This document shows positions 12,437 through 41,270 of a stretch of DNA of 64,000 nt, piece after piece (the first letter of the stretch is position 1; the number at the start of each line of letters is the position of its first letter). Under the pieces are notes generated by a model. The model was given only the letters and a program-made list of their open reading frames with translations. It had not been told where the DNA came from and made no database searches. This stretch comes from Dictyostelium discoideum. Lineage: Eukaryota. The stretch spans positions 5,120,001 through 5,184,000 of the forward strand of contig CM000152.2 of assembly GCA_000004695.1 (NCBI GenBank), read 5' to 3'. Position numbers and translations under genes: made by a program.

Positions 12437-14280
12437 TTACCATGAACCTTCACTTCCACCATTTCCACTACCCCAATTACTACCACCATTATTACCATAA
12501 CCACCACCACCACCATTTCTATTACCCCAGCTACCACCGCCGCCACCACCATTTCTATTATTACCCCAGTTACCACCACCGCCACCACCATTTCTATTAC
12601 CCCAGCTACCACCGCCGCCACCACCACCATTTCTGTTATTACCCCAGCTACGGCCACCACCTCTACCACCACGACCACCACCACCATATCTAGAGATACC
12701 TTGTCTTGAGTGAACAGCGAATTTCTCTAAGAAATCTGGGATCTTTTGATTGGTTCTTTGTAAAATTTTAACTAAATCACGGAGGTTTGGTGTTTGGGTA
12801 GTAACATAAGACCAAGCGTCACCGGTCTTTCCAGCTCTTCCAGTTCTACCAATACGATGTACGTAATCTTCAATGTTACCTGGTAAACGATAATTGAATA
12901 CAGCTTTAACTGATGGAATATCAAGACCACGAGCAGCAACATCTGTTGCAATTAAAATACGAATTCTATGATCTCTAAAAAGTTTAAGACCAGATTCACG
13001 CATACGTTGATCTAAAAATAAAATAAAAATATAAAGTTAATATAATATGTTTTTTTTTTTTTTTATAAATATATAAACTTAATAAAATAATTACCTTTTC
13101 CACTATGTAAAACAATTGATTTAACATTTTTTTGAGTTGATAAATAATGTTGGAAATCATCACATTTATATTTTTCATTACAGAAAACAATGACAGTATT
13201 TGTTGGATCAGCGGTGAGAATTTTATTAATTTCATCATAAATGAGATCATCAGATTGGAGATCGGATAAATCATCAATATTGACAATATGTTGAGTTACA
13301 TTGATTGAACCAGTTAATTCTTGACTACCAACGGTGATTTTAATTGGATCTTTTAAGAATTTTGAAGCGAGTAATTTGACTTCTTTTGGCCAAGTTGCAG
13401 AAAACATGAGTGTTTGACGTTCTTTTGGAATTTGATCAATGAGTGATTCAATTTGAGGCATGAAACCCATATCCAACATACGATCGGCTTCATCGAGAAC
13501 TAAATATTGAACAGATGATAAATGATGTTTTCTCAAGAGATCATTGAGACGACCTGGTGTACCGATGACAATGTCTACACCATTACGTAAGATTCTGGAT
13601 TGATCGATTTTACCTAAACCACCATAGGCGCAAAGTTGACGAATTGAAGTACCACGAATTGATGTTTTACAGACTTCTTCGATTTGTTGTGCCAACTCTC
13701 TAGTTGGTGCCATAACGAGTACCAATGGGGTGGCACCGTAGGATGGACGTTTTGGAAGTGAAATGATCTTTAATAATGCTGGTAATAAGAATGCCAATGT
13801 TTTACCTGAACCAGTTGCTGCTAAACCAACCAAATCATTACCTCCTAAAATAATTGGCCAACTTTGACCTTGAATAACAGTTGGTGCTGTAAATCCTTGG
13901 AAAATATGTTGAAACATTCGTGGGAATTCATAATCTGTAAACTTTTGGAATGGGTTTGGTTGTGATTTACCCTCAATTAAAACATTATGTTTCTTTCTCC
14001 ATTCAGTTGGACTTAAAACAATATCTTCTTTGGTTTCTTCTTTAACTTCTTCTTCTTTATCCTCTTTTGATGATGATGATTTCTTTTCAGATTTCTTTTC
14101 TTCAGATTTACTGGACTTTTTAATTGATTTTGATTTTGATTCAACTTCTGAGTCTGATGATGATGATTCGTCTGATGATTCGTCACGTTTACTCATTTTT
14201 AATTTTTTTGAACTTGATTGTTCAACTTTAACTTCTAAACTTTCATCTTCTGTTTTTCTTTTACTTGATGTTGAAGGCAT
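12437..14280 (-). CDS. DEAD-box ATP-dependent RNA helicase (DDX5/DDX17/Dbp2-like) with C-terminal RGG/Gly-rich repeat; 2 exons (14280-13095, 13011-12437)
   Basis: Helicase motifs present:
- Q motif
- motif [12 protein letters not shown]
- motif Ia PTRELA
- motif [15 protein letters not shown]
- motif III SAT
- motif [13 protein letters not shown]
- motif [12 protein letters not shown]

The intron runs 13094-13012 (GTAATT...tttag), phase 1. It restores ..VLHSGK|[12 protein letters not shown].. between the helicase lobes. The C-terminal repeat is ([13 protein letters not shown])n. Confidence 0.85.
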
Positions 14281-14725
14281 TTTTTTTTTTTTTTTATATT
14301 TCTTTTTAGATTAACTATATAATTAATAAAATTCGAATTAGTAATTAAATAAAAAAAAAAAAAAAAAAGAGTGGTGTGTGGAGAAAAAAAAAAAAAAAAT
14401 GTGAGAAAAAAAACGAAAAAATTGAAAAAACTGGATTATATAACAAAAAAAAAAAAAAGAAAATAATAATAATAATTAATCTTACATTTAATTAGTTAGT
14501 TGAAGTTTATTGGATTTTTTTTTTTTTTTTTTTTTTTGTTTAAAAAATATTTAAAATCAAAGAAAGGTATAAATAAATAAATATTTAGGGTTTTCTTTGT
14601 TGAACGAGTGTGAAGACTAAAGAAAAAAAAAAAAAAAAATAAAAATAAAATAAATTTTACAACTTTTTGGCGAAAAAAAAAAATTAAAAATAAAATTTAA
14701 TTCAAAATAAATAAAATAAAAAAAA

Positions 14726-14910
14726 CGAAAACCGACGGTTATGGTTGGATTTTTTACAAAAAAAATAAAAAAAAAAAAATAAAAAAAAAAAAAAATAAAT
14801 AAAATAAAATTTTTTTAATTCTTTGTTAGGAAACAATCTTTGTCAAAAAAATAGAGAGAGAGAAAAAAAATAAATAATAAAAAAAAATAATAAATCCTCG
14901 TGAGCCTTTT

Positions 14911-14942
<32 letters not shown>

Positions 14943-14977
14943 GTAAAAAATCCGACTATAACCGTTGGTTTTTTTAA
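14726..14977. repeat. ~250-bp element bounded by 27-30-bp imperfect inverted repeats (aaaaccgacggttatggttggatttttt / aaaaaatccgactataaccgttggttttttt); candidate MITE or long hairpin
   Basis: The arms are reverse complements with 3 mismatches, all transitions. In RNA these would be G.U pairs. They are the only GC-containing motifs in a 1.27-kb AT/homopolymer-rich divergent intergenic region between the helicase and C2/WW genes. Confidence 0.35.
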
Positions 14978-15308
14978 ATGTAATATTATTCAAAAATATT
15001 ATTCTAAAAATATTGGAAAAGATAATGATCCTTAAAAAAAAAGAAAAAAAAAAAAAAAAAGGAAAAAAAAATAAAAAAAAAAGGGAAAAAAAAAAAAAAA
15101 AAACAATTTATTGGAAAAGATAATAAAAAAAAAAAAAAAAAAAAAAATGTGTTTGTATTTTTATGGGCCTACTTGTTTGAAATTCTAAATAACACACAAA
15201 AAAATAATTTTTTGGTAATTCCAGATTTTTTTTTTTTATTTTTTGTTTTGCATTCTGAATAAAAAAAAAATCTTTGCCATGATCAGAAAAGGAGGAGATT
15301 AAAAAAAA

Positions 15309-15355
<47 letters not shown>

Positions 15356-15546
15356 AAATCAAAAACCAACTATTAAAATTGTTAAAAAAAAACAACAATT
15401 TTTTCTTTTTTTTTATATTAAATATAGCCCACGAAAAGATATAAATAACACATATCATATTAAATAAATAAATACATACACATACATACACATACATACA
15501 CATATAAATATACATTACATTATTAAAATATTATAGATCCAAGAAA

Positions 15547-16097
15547 ATGTCAAATAAAAATCCATTAAATAATAGTAATGGTAGTAATAGTTCAACAATA
15601 GTTAATTCAGATAAATTTTTAGTTAAGATTCATTCATTGAGTGTATCACATACATCAAAGAGTTCAAATATTTATTTAGTTGGTGATTTCGATCAATTTA
15701 AACAATTTAAAACTGAAACTAAAAAATCATCATCAACACATGGTTCTTGTATCTATAATGAATTTGCAATGGAGTTTCAATATGAAACTAAATACATTCA
15801 CAAATTGGACCACAAGCATTTTAAAATCTGTGTCTATAAAAAGAAATCAATTGGTTCTGATAAATATATTGGTAGTTTTGGTGTCGATCTTTATACATTA
15901 GCAACTGGTCCAATCTCTCATGATGTTGTCTTTCAAAAGGATAATACTGGTGTTGGTCGTTTACAATTTAGATTAGAAATGAATCATATCACTGATATTC
16001 AAATTTCTTTTAAATCAATTTTATTATCAAATTTAATGAAACAATCAAATTATCAAATTGATTATTCTTTAAAGTAAGCAATATATTTTAACAATCT

Positions 16098-16130
<33 letters not shown>

Positions 16131-16793
16131 TTATAATTATAATTATTCCTAACTTTTTTTTTTTTTTTATTTTAAAAAAAAAAAGTAAAATTAATCCATT
16201 AAAATCATCAATTATTGAAAATACAATTTGTCCAAGTTGGTATAACCAATCATCAATATTAATGAATATATCATTAAAGGATTTAGTTGATGGTAGTATA
16301 TTTTTTAATTTAAAGGATACAAAAAGTTCAAAAGTAATTGGTGAATTGAAATTACCAGTGAAATCAATATTCTCATTTGTAGAGGGTGATATAAAGATCG
16401 TTAAAACTTTATTATACAATGAAAAGCAAAATAAGATATGTGATGCTTGTATCGAAATTCAATTTAATAATATACCACAACTAGCTCAACTTAGAGGTGG
16501 TATTCAAACTGAACAAGGTATTAGAGGTGCAGAATCATTTTTCTCTGGTGTACCATTACCAAAGATAATAGGTGAAATTTCAAATGCTTCAACTTCTGAT
16601 GGTTATAGTAAAGAAGCTCAATTACAACATGTTAAATTACCTGATGGTTGGGAATCTAGAATCGATCCTGTCTCTGGTAAAGTTTTCTATTTAAATCATA
16701 ATAATAAAACAACTTCTTGGATTTCACCTTTAGAACATGCTCCAGTTAAAAAAAGAACTCCAACTGTTGTAATTTCAAATACAACTATACTTG

Positions 16794-16862
<69 letters not shown>

Positions 16863-17365
16863 TAAATAATACAAATAATATACAACAAAAACAACAAGCT
16901 CAACAACAACCAGTACAACCACCACCACAACCAGTACAACAACAAGTCCAACAACCACAACAAAAAGAAAAAGAAAAAGAAAAAGAAATTAATGCAGAAG
17001 ATTATAAAATAAGTAGACCAAAGAAAACACCAGCAACACCAGAAGAGGCAGCAGTTATTATACAAAGAACATTTAGAAATCATAAAAAACAAAGTTATAA
17101 TAAGACAATTAGAAATTCAAAGACAATAATACCTCCAAATAATGTTCAGCAACAACAACCACAACAAACTGAAAAACCAAGTATTTATCAAGTATTTGGA
17201 CAACAGATTGATCAAGGTTTACCAAATGGTTGGGAAGTTCGTCAAGATCAATTTGGTAGAGTATTTTATGTTGATCATATCAATCGTGCCACTACTTGGA
17301 CTCGTCCAACTGTAAAACATCCAAAACAACACCAACAGGCTACACTTGTACAACAAAGAAAATAA
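15547..17365 (+). CDS. C2-domain / tandem WW-domain / IQ-motif protein with poly-Asn/Gln linker; 2 exons (15547-16073, 16186-17365), ~568 aa
   Basis: Exon 1 is a C2-like beta-sandwich region. Donor AA|GTAAGC at 16074 and acceptor aaaag|T at 16185 (phase 2) keep the frame into ORF 16097-17365. There are two WW domains ([31 protein letters not shown]; [30 protein letters not shown]) and an IQ motif ([14 protein letters not shown]). No HECT domain is present. Confidence 0.7.
16796..16870 (+). repeat. (AAT)n microsatellite (poly-Asn codons)
   Basis: Pure aat run inside the C2/WW gene. Confidence 0.9.
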
Positions 17366-17705
17366 AAAAGTTAATTTTTTAAAACATATATATGTTATTT
17401 GTAATCACAACATTTTATTTTATTTAAAGATGGTTTATAAAATTGTAAAAATTAAAAAATTTCCAAAAAAAAAAAAGACAAATAAATTGACATAACTGTT
17501 AATTTTTTGAATTTAAAAAATTTTATTCAAAAAGCGCATTGGTATTTTTTTTGAATTTTTATTTTTATTTTTTTCATTTTTTTTTTTGCTTCATTTTTTT
17601 TTTTTTTTTTCATTTCATTTACAAATTTTAATTAATTAGACGAAAATAAATTATTTTTAGGATCAATTGATTCCTACATGTTGAATTAATTTTTTTTTTT
17701 CCCAA

Positions 17706-17736
<31 letters not shown>

Positions 17737-17845
17737 ATTTTTTTATTTTATATGTGAAAAATCAAAAATCACATATGTATTGTACTCATTTTTATAAAAA
17801 TTAATAAAATAAAAAAAAATTAAATAAATCAATTACTTTTTAAAA

Positions 17846-31854
<14,009 letters not shown>

Positions 31855-32324
31855 AAAAGTAATAATAATTAAATAAATAAAAATAAATAAAATAAAATAA
31901 AAATAAAAATAATAATCGTTTTTTTTTTTTTTAGATCATTAAATTGAATAATAATTCATCAAATTAATTATTTTTTAAAGAATTCACTAATAAAACTATT
32001 CAATGGTAATTGAATTAATTATTATATTAAACTTAAAAAATTAATGAATCTTAAATATTTATTAATTTTTCCATACAATAAACCTTTAATAATAATAAAG
32101 TTTGTTAACAATAATAAAATTTTATTGATTTGATTATTTGAAACAATCCTTTACTAAAAAATTTCTTCCATTAACACTTTTATGACTCAAACATTTTTTA
32201 AATTATTTGTAACTCAAATAAAAAATACTTTTTTCTTTAACTGTCCCAATTTTATCTTTCTCTTTCAACCACACAAGGTCAGATTATATTAAAAATAAAA
32301 ATAAACATTTGAAAAGGGTAATAG

Positions 32325-32400
32325 ATTTTATAAACCCCTTTTTTTAAATCTTGATTTTATAAACCCCTTTTTTTAAATCTTGATTTTATAAACCCTTTTT
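32325..32400. repeat. ~31-bp tandem repeat x3 (cttgattttataaacccctttttttaaat) in the tra1 3' flank
   Basis: Three head-to-tail copies are visible between 32325 and 32400. They carry a CCCC core, unusual in AT-rich intergenic DNA. Confidence 0.7.
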
Positions 32401-32551
32401 TTAAAAAATAAAAAGGTTTATTTGTATTCTAATAAATTATTTATTATTGAATTTTTTAAACATATTTTAATTAATAAAAAACAAATGAATTTAATTTTTT
32501 TTTTTTTTTTTTATTATTTTAATATTAATATTATTTTTAGTTAAAGAAAAA

Positions 32552-33667
32552 ATGAAAAAAGTTGAGTTTGAGAATGGATATCATGTTGTTGGAACAAACA
32601 GAGGGTCATCAGCAAAACTCTATTATGAAATTTATGGAAGTAAAGATGCAAAGAATAAATTAATGTTTTTAAATGGATTATCACAACCAACAACATCATT
32701 GAAATATCAGATTGAATATTTTAAAAAACTTGATGATTTTCAAATTTGTGTTTTTGATAATAGAGGGGTTTGTAAATCGAATTCATTTACATATTCTTTA
32801 AAAATTATGGCTCTCGATGCTATTGAATTGGTGGTAATTATTTATATATTATTTATACAGAAATTTAACACTTGTTTGTTTAAATTAATTTTAAATTTAA
32901 TTATATTTCTTTTTTTATAAAAAATTTAGAAATTTTTAAATTGGAACAAAGTTAACTTTGTTGGGATTTCATTAGGTGGTAGTGCATGTCTACATTTGGT
33001 AAGTTTAATTGAAGAGGAATTGATAAATTCAGTTTTAGTTTCAGGGCCATGGTTGGGTGTCATAGAATTTCCTTCATTGAATCCAATAACAATGATTTTT
33101 CCTTATTTTATTAGGGACAATCGTAAAAGAATTCAGACTTGGAATAAACAAATATTCTCAAATAAATTTTTAACCTCTCCTTCAAAACAAGATCCTGAAT
33201 TATTAAATGGTGATTTATTAGTCCAAATGTATTTAAAAAGTAAGAGTGTGATTACATATACACCTAAAAATGTATTAACCATTTTTGGTTGGTTTGTTGC
33301 CATTTTATTTTTTCATTTGACAAAATCAAAGAAAAATGATATTTTTGAACGGCCATATGCAAAAATTGGAGTCATTGCATCCAAACATGACCAAATAGTT
33401 AATTTTGAAATATTAAAAAAATTTTCCTCTGAAATAAATGCATGCAAACTATATGTTGCTGACTCAGGTAGGTGAATATATAATTTTAAATTTTTAATTT
33501 GAAATTTAAAAAAAAATATATTTACACGATTTGGTTTTTTTATAGGTCATCTTCTTACTATTGAGGATTCTGAATTTATAAATAGTACCATAGTGAAACA
33601 TATTTACAACTCAAATCTAACTTATGATTTCCCTCAAAATAACATTATAATAAATAGTAAATTATAA
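32552..33667 (+). CDS. alpha/beta-hydrolase paralogue of 1103-2056; 3 exons (32552-32833, 32930-33467, 33546-33667), ~313 aa
   Basis: The N-terminus aligns with gene 1103 (KLYYEIYG...VFDNRG...MALDAIEL). Intron 1 is GTAATT..tttag. Exon 2 carries the nucleophile elbow (NFVGISLGGSA). The in-exon GTAAGT at 33000 is coding. Intron 2 is cag|GTAGGT..tatag, phase 1. It restores the catalytic-His tail ADSG-HLLTIED, compared with QGCGHAVNTE in the paralogue. Confidence 0.6.
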
Positions 33668-33901
33668 TATACAATAAAATAAAAAAACTTTATTATTATT
33701 TATTTTTATTATTATTGTTGTGTTATTATAAGTAAAAAAGGAATTAGAAAAAAAAAGAAAAGAAATTGACCAAAAAATTACAAAAAAAATGGATTTTAAT
33801 AAACTATTCATTTTTTTATTATTTACAACAATTTATAAATGTGGCTATATTATATTATTTAATAACGCTTCTTGATCGATTGTTAAGAAAAATATTTTCT
33901 T

Positions 33902-33934
<33 letters not shown>

Positions 33935-33972
33935 GATTGAATTTTCATTACAACCTTTTGTGTGACTTATTT

Positions 33973-36042
<2,070 letters not shown>

Positions 36043-36499
36043 ATTGATTCTATTATTTTTTTTTGGGTTTCATATATTAATTTCAAAATTTTCTTTTTTT
36101 GTATTATTACATAAAATATAATAATTTTAAAAAAAAAAAAAAAAAAAAAAGTTTAGTTTTTTCTTTTTTTATTTTTTTTTTTTTTACTTTAATTTATAGT
36201 ATCAATATATTTAATTAAAAATAAAATTATAAAATAAATAAAAATAAATAAAAATTAAAAATAATATATATTTTTATTATTTAAATTTTATTTTTATTTT
36301 TTTTTTATTTTTTTTTTTTTTTTTTTTTTGATATTGGGTTGTTTCATTTTTGTGTGAAAGTAGGGTGTAGTGGTTAGAAAAACAAAAATAAATAAAAATA
36401 AAAATAAAAATAAATGATTTTCAAAAAATATCATAATCTTGTGGATCAGTTTTTTTTTTTTTCCCTCTATCTTTTTTTTTAAATACAAATATAAATTTT

Positions 36500-36720
36500 T
36501 TAATTATTTTTATTAAACTCTTCGTTATTATTAATATTATTATCATTATTATCATCATTATTATTATTATCATTATTATGATTAAAATTTGTTCCACTAT
36601 TATCAATCGATAAACTAATTAAACAATCTTGACCATCACCAGGTGTTATTTTTTCACCGTTATAATTATTATTATTATTATTACAGTCTAATTGTTTTGC
36701 TGAAATTATATTATTATTAA

Positions 36721-36795
<75 letters not shown>

Positions 36796-39700
36796 AATTT
36801 GAATTTATTTGAGAATTTCTTCTTTTTAATTCAAAACTACCTAAAACATTTAAATTATTACTGACAGTTCTTTCAAAAATTGGTTCTTTTGTTGTTTCAA
36901 AACTATCATCGCCATCAATTGAATTAATATCTTTAATATCAGAAATTAAATTATTTGAAGTGATTCTAACCCATGTTATGAATTTGATGATATGATAATC
37001 GATAACTGTTTGCCATTTTTTTGGTAAAAAGTATTTCAAAGAGAATAAGAATAATAATAATAATAAAACAGTATAAACCACAACAACCACTGATAAAATG
37101 ATTTCAATACCTTGTGAATCATAAAGTTTTGTAGTTGCCAATGATGATAAAATTAAAATACAAACATAACTAAAAAGTAAAACTGAATTACCAATAGTTT
37201 CAGAATAATTACTAATTCTATAAACGTATGGTTTAAATATGATTTGACTAATAATTGATGAACCAATTACGAGTAACACAACGAATATACTGAATGATGA
37301 TTTTGGATCGATTAAAGCCAATGAAACTGCCATGAAAAATCTTCTACCCAAAGCAACCAATTCATACCAATAAACTGATTTACGATAATCTATATAAATT
37401 GAACCAATCATTGTTAAAATCATTGGATTATCTAATCTCTTTCTATTGTAGAATAGTAATATCGCAAATAATAATGGTATACCAATAACATAGATAATTG
37501 TGAATGCAATTGTTAATCTCATTATACGATTATGTGTTGAATTATCACCACATTCTTGCCATGGGAAAAATGACATAAACGATTCACCTGTGACTTGGTC
37601 TTTTGTACATGGATAATTTTGAAAGATATAAATACACAATGGTAAATATAAGAAATTCAATGCTAAAAGATTAACACGGACACCTGAATAAATTAATTTC
37701 TTATTGAAAATGTAATCTACACCATTTAAACTACTCTTTACATAATGGAATAATTGCATTGATGCAATGAAAACAATTGAAATCACCAAAAATGCAAATG
37801 GTAAACAAATCATGACAATGAATAAATTTGGCCAACGTGATAAATTATTTATACAAAGGAAACCAAATGAAAAATTTAACCAACTTGAACCACTGTAAAA
37901 AATTGAGAAAAATGATGGCCATGGAGATAATTTTGAAAGTAGTAAATTGAAAACTTGGTAATAATACATAACGGTTTTACGTGTAGATGATGGTAATGAT
38001 CTTTTTGGATCTGTCATTACAAAGAATAAAAACAATGCAATGAAAACAACTACAACCACTATGAAAATTACAATCGATTGTGGACCGGTTGGACAAACTG
38101 AACATTCTGTTCCCTTATGGAAATAACCATCGACACATTTTGAACATAATCTACCTTGATAACCATCTTGGCATGTATAATTATATGATGAATCTGGATT
38201 ACATGATGTATACCCAAAATTACTAATTATACATTTCAATAAATATTCTGGATTTTCATTTGATGGCATTGGGTAATATCCGCTTGGAATTAGAATATCA
38301 TTGCCACCACCTGGACAATATGAATCTTGTGGACATATTTTACATGACCCATTTACACCACGATAATTATAATCACAAAGACAAAAACTATTATTATAAT
38401 AAGTTGAATCTAATGAAATTCTAATATCAAATCCTTTACCAATAATTGATGGACATGCATATGATTCAGTATCTTTATGAATAAAAATAACACTTGGTTC
38501 CATAAATAATGGTAAACTACCATCACTACTTCCTAAAAATGGATTATTTTCTAAATACATTGTTCTATTATTTAAAAAAAAAGAAAAAAAAAAAAAAAAA
38601 AAAAATTAATAAAATTTATAAAATTATTAAATAAATTTTAAATAAATAATAAAAAAAACATACGATAAAAAACTTAACTGATTTGGCACTGTTCCTGATA
38701 AATTATTATATGATAAATCTAAATCATTTAAATTTGGCATCCAAGATAAATATTCTGGAATTGGTCCACTTAATTTATTATGTGAAAGATTAATAATAAA
38801 AATTTTTGTTAATAATTCAATTTGTTGTACACCATCCCAAACCATATTTTCAAAAAATTCACCATGAATTTCATTATATTGCGCTGATATAATTGTTAAC
38901 TAAAAATTTTTAATTAAATTATTATTATTATTAATATTAATATTAAAAAAAAAAACAATAATAATAATAATAATTTTTTTATTTTACTTACATGAGTTTG
39001 ATGTTTAATTGGATCTAAAATTTCGGATAATGAACAATTAAATTTATTTGAAGAAATATCAATTCTATTTAAATTTGAAAAGTTATTAAATGATGATGGT
39101 ATTGTTCCAGTTAAATTATTACGTGCTAAGTTAATATATTCAATACCAATCATATTACCAATACTTGATGGTATTGTACCAGAAATTAAATTATCTGCTA
39201 ATAATAATTCATTCATTTGTAATGGTGCTTTCCCTAAACAATTTGGTAAACTTTCAAATCTATTAATATCAAAATGAACATCTCTTAATCCATCCAATTG
39301 ACATATCCAATCTAAATCACCATAAAATGAATTTCCTGAAAATCTTAATGACTAAAAAAAAAAACAAAATAAATAATAATATTAATATATATATTAATAT
39401 AATTTAAAATAAAATTATATTTTTATAATAAAAATAAAACTTACTTTTAAATTTGGATTATTTAAAAAAACACCACTTAAATCTCCACCTAACTGATTTC
39501 TTGTTACTTCAAATAATTTTAAATTTTGTAAATTTCCCATTGTTAATGGAATGCTACCTTCCAATTGGTTATCATATAACCAAAATTGTTCTAAATATGA
39601 TAAATTCCCTATTGATGATGGTAATGTACCCTATTTTTAAATAAAAAATTAAAATCACATTTTAAAAAAAAAAAAAAAAAAAAGAATTAAAACTTACAGT

Positions 39701-40486
39701 AATTGTATTTAAACCAAAATCTAATAATTTAATTTTTTTTAAATCTCCAACTTCTGGTGGAATTGTACCAATTAATAAATTCTCTTCTAAAAAGAGTAAA
39801 TCTAAAATTGGATATTTACTAAAAAATGTTGGAATAGTACCTTGAAATTGATTCATTGCAATCCATAATGTAACTATTGAATCTGGTAAATACGATGCCC
39901 ATTCTAAATCACCTTGGAATTCATTTTCATTTAGTGATATATAGGAAAGATTATTCATTTGTTGAAAAATTCCAATTGGAATTTCACCATAAAAGCCGTT
40001 ATTTGAAATATCCAATGTTTGCAAATGTACTAAATTTTTAATTTCAGTTGACATTTCACCAACTATATTATTTAAACTCATTTTAATTGATATTACATTA
40101 TTTGTTATTCCACCATCGAATGAATTACATTCAATACCATACCATTGATTCATACATGGATCACCATTTAACCAATTTGTATTATCATCCCAATCTTTAC
40201 CATTCCAATCGGAATATAATTTTTCCAATATAATCTTTTCATTACTAACCAATGGAATTGTTGTTAAACTTTCAACATTTCCTAAAAATTTTCTTATTTT
40301 TTCAATCTCTTTAAATTTAATTAAATTTCTTTCTCTCTTTTCTTTTGTTTGTATATTGTTATTATTATTATTATTATAATTATTATTAATATTATTATTT
40401 TTATTATTATTTATTCTAATTGATTGAGAAATATTTAAAAAACAAATAAATACAATTAATAAAATAAAAATAAATTTTTTATTCAT
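36500..40486 (-). CDS. receptor-like protein: signal peptide + plant-type LRR ectodomain (LRRNT W..C..W.G..C cap, ~12 LRRs) + Cys-rich module + 9-TM polytopic domain + poly-Asn tail; 5 exons (40486-~39698, 39630-39445, 39351-38992, 38899-38664, 38564-36500), ~1210 aa
   Basis: Splice joins, with matching phases (0,0,0,2):
- LNTIT|[13 protein letters not shown] (GTAAGT..aaatag)
- NPNLK|[11 protein letters not shown] (GTAAGT..ttttag)
- KHQTH|[13 protein letters not shown] (GTAAGT..ttttag)
- ..QLSFL-TC|GTATGT..aatag|A-ACA-ATG

The LRR consensus is LxxLxLSxNxLSGxIP. The Cys-rich part is [30 protein letters not shown]. About nine hydrophobic helices follow. Confidence 0.6.
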
Positions 40487-41027
40487 TTTTTTTTCCAGCC
40501 AAAAAAAAAAAAACACTTTTGTGATAATGGAGAGAAAAAAAAAAAAAAAAAAATAGAGATAGGAGGTATGGATATAGGGTGATCTAAAAAAAATAATAAA
40601 AAAATATAAAAAAAAAAAAAAAAAGAAAAAAAAAAAAAATAAAATAAAAAAAAAAATAAAAATAAAATTAGAAAAAAAAAGAATTTAAATAAAAATATTA
40701 AGAAGCTCGAACAAACAAACTGGTTAAAAAAACTGATTTCTGAAGAGTTACGGTGGGAAAAAACCGGTATGATCAGCCAAAGTGGCAAAAATATCTAAAT
40801 GATTTCTATTTTTAATTTTTTTTTCATTTTTTTTATTTTCATTTTTTTTTTTTTTATTTATTTTTTTTTTTTTTTTGATTAAAAATAAATTTACATTGAT
40901 CAAATCAAAGAACCACCAATTTTTTAAAAATTATTTCCAATAATCACACAATTGTAGTATAGTTTTTTTTTCTTTCCGAAAACAATTCAAAATCAGATTT
41001 TTTTTATTTTTATTTTTTAATTATTAT

Positions 41028-41060
<33 letters not shown>

Positions 41061-41270
41061 ATTTTCTGAAATTTTTTTTTTTGGAAAAGTAAAAAAAAAA
41101 TAGAAAAAAATATATGAATTTATTTACCCACAAATTTATAAAGTTTATTTTTATTAATTAGTATCTTTTTTTTTTATTTTTTATTTTTTATTTTTTTTTT
41201 TTTAAATTTTTTTTTTTTTTTTATTCTAAAAATAGAAAAAAAAAGATTATTTTTTTAAAAAGAAATCAAT

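Noticed and set aside
12406-12693. His/Tyr-rich (+) and Val-rich (-) ORFs overlapping the helicase C-terminus
   Set aside because: Alternative-frame readings of the GGTGGT/RGG Gly-rich repeat of the DEAD-box helicase.
15108-15515. 135-aa ORF in the helicase-C2/WW intergenic region
   Set aside because: Poly-Phe/Lys reading of homopolymer tracts and CATA repeats. No protein-like features.
33000-33006. GTAAGT inside hydrolase paralogue exon 2 as a splice donor
   Set aside because: Reading through it gives ACLHLVSLIEEELINSVLVSG, which aligns with the paralogue (MIALELATVIPPQRIRSLTLAVTHAG). It is coding, not an intron.
36294-36488. ORF MKQPNIKKKKKK... as a possible signal-peptide exon for the EGF-like gene
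   Set aside because: Poly-Lys from a poly-A tract. A better mini-exon (MGKIYLIIIYFIIILLKK, 36042-35988) splices in phase to the downstream exon.
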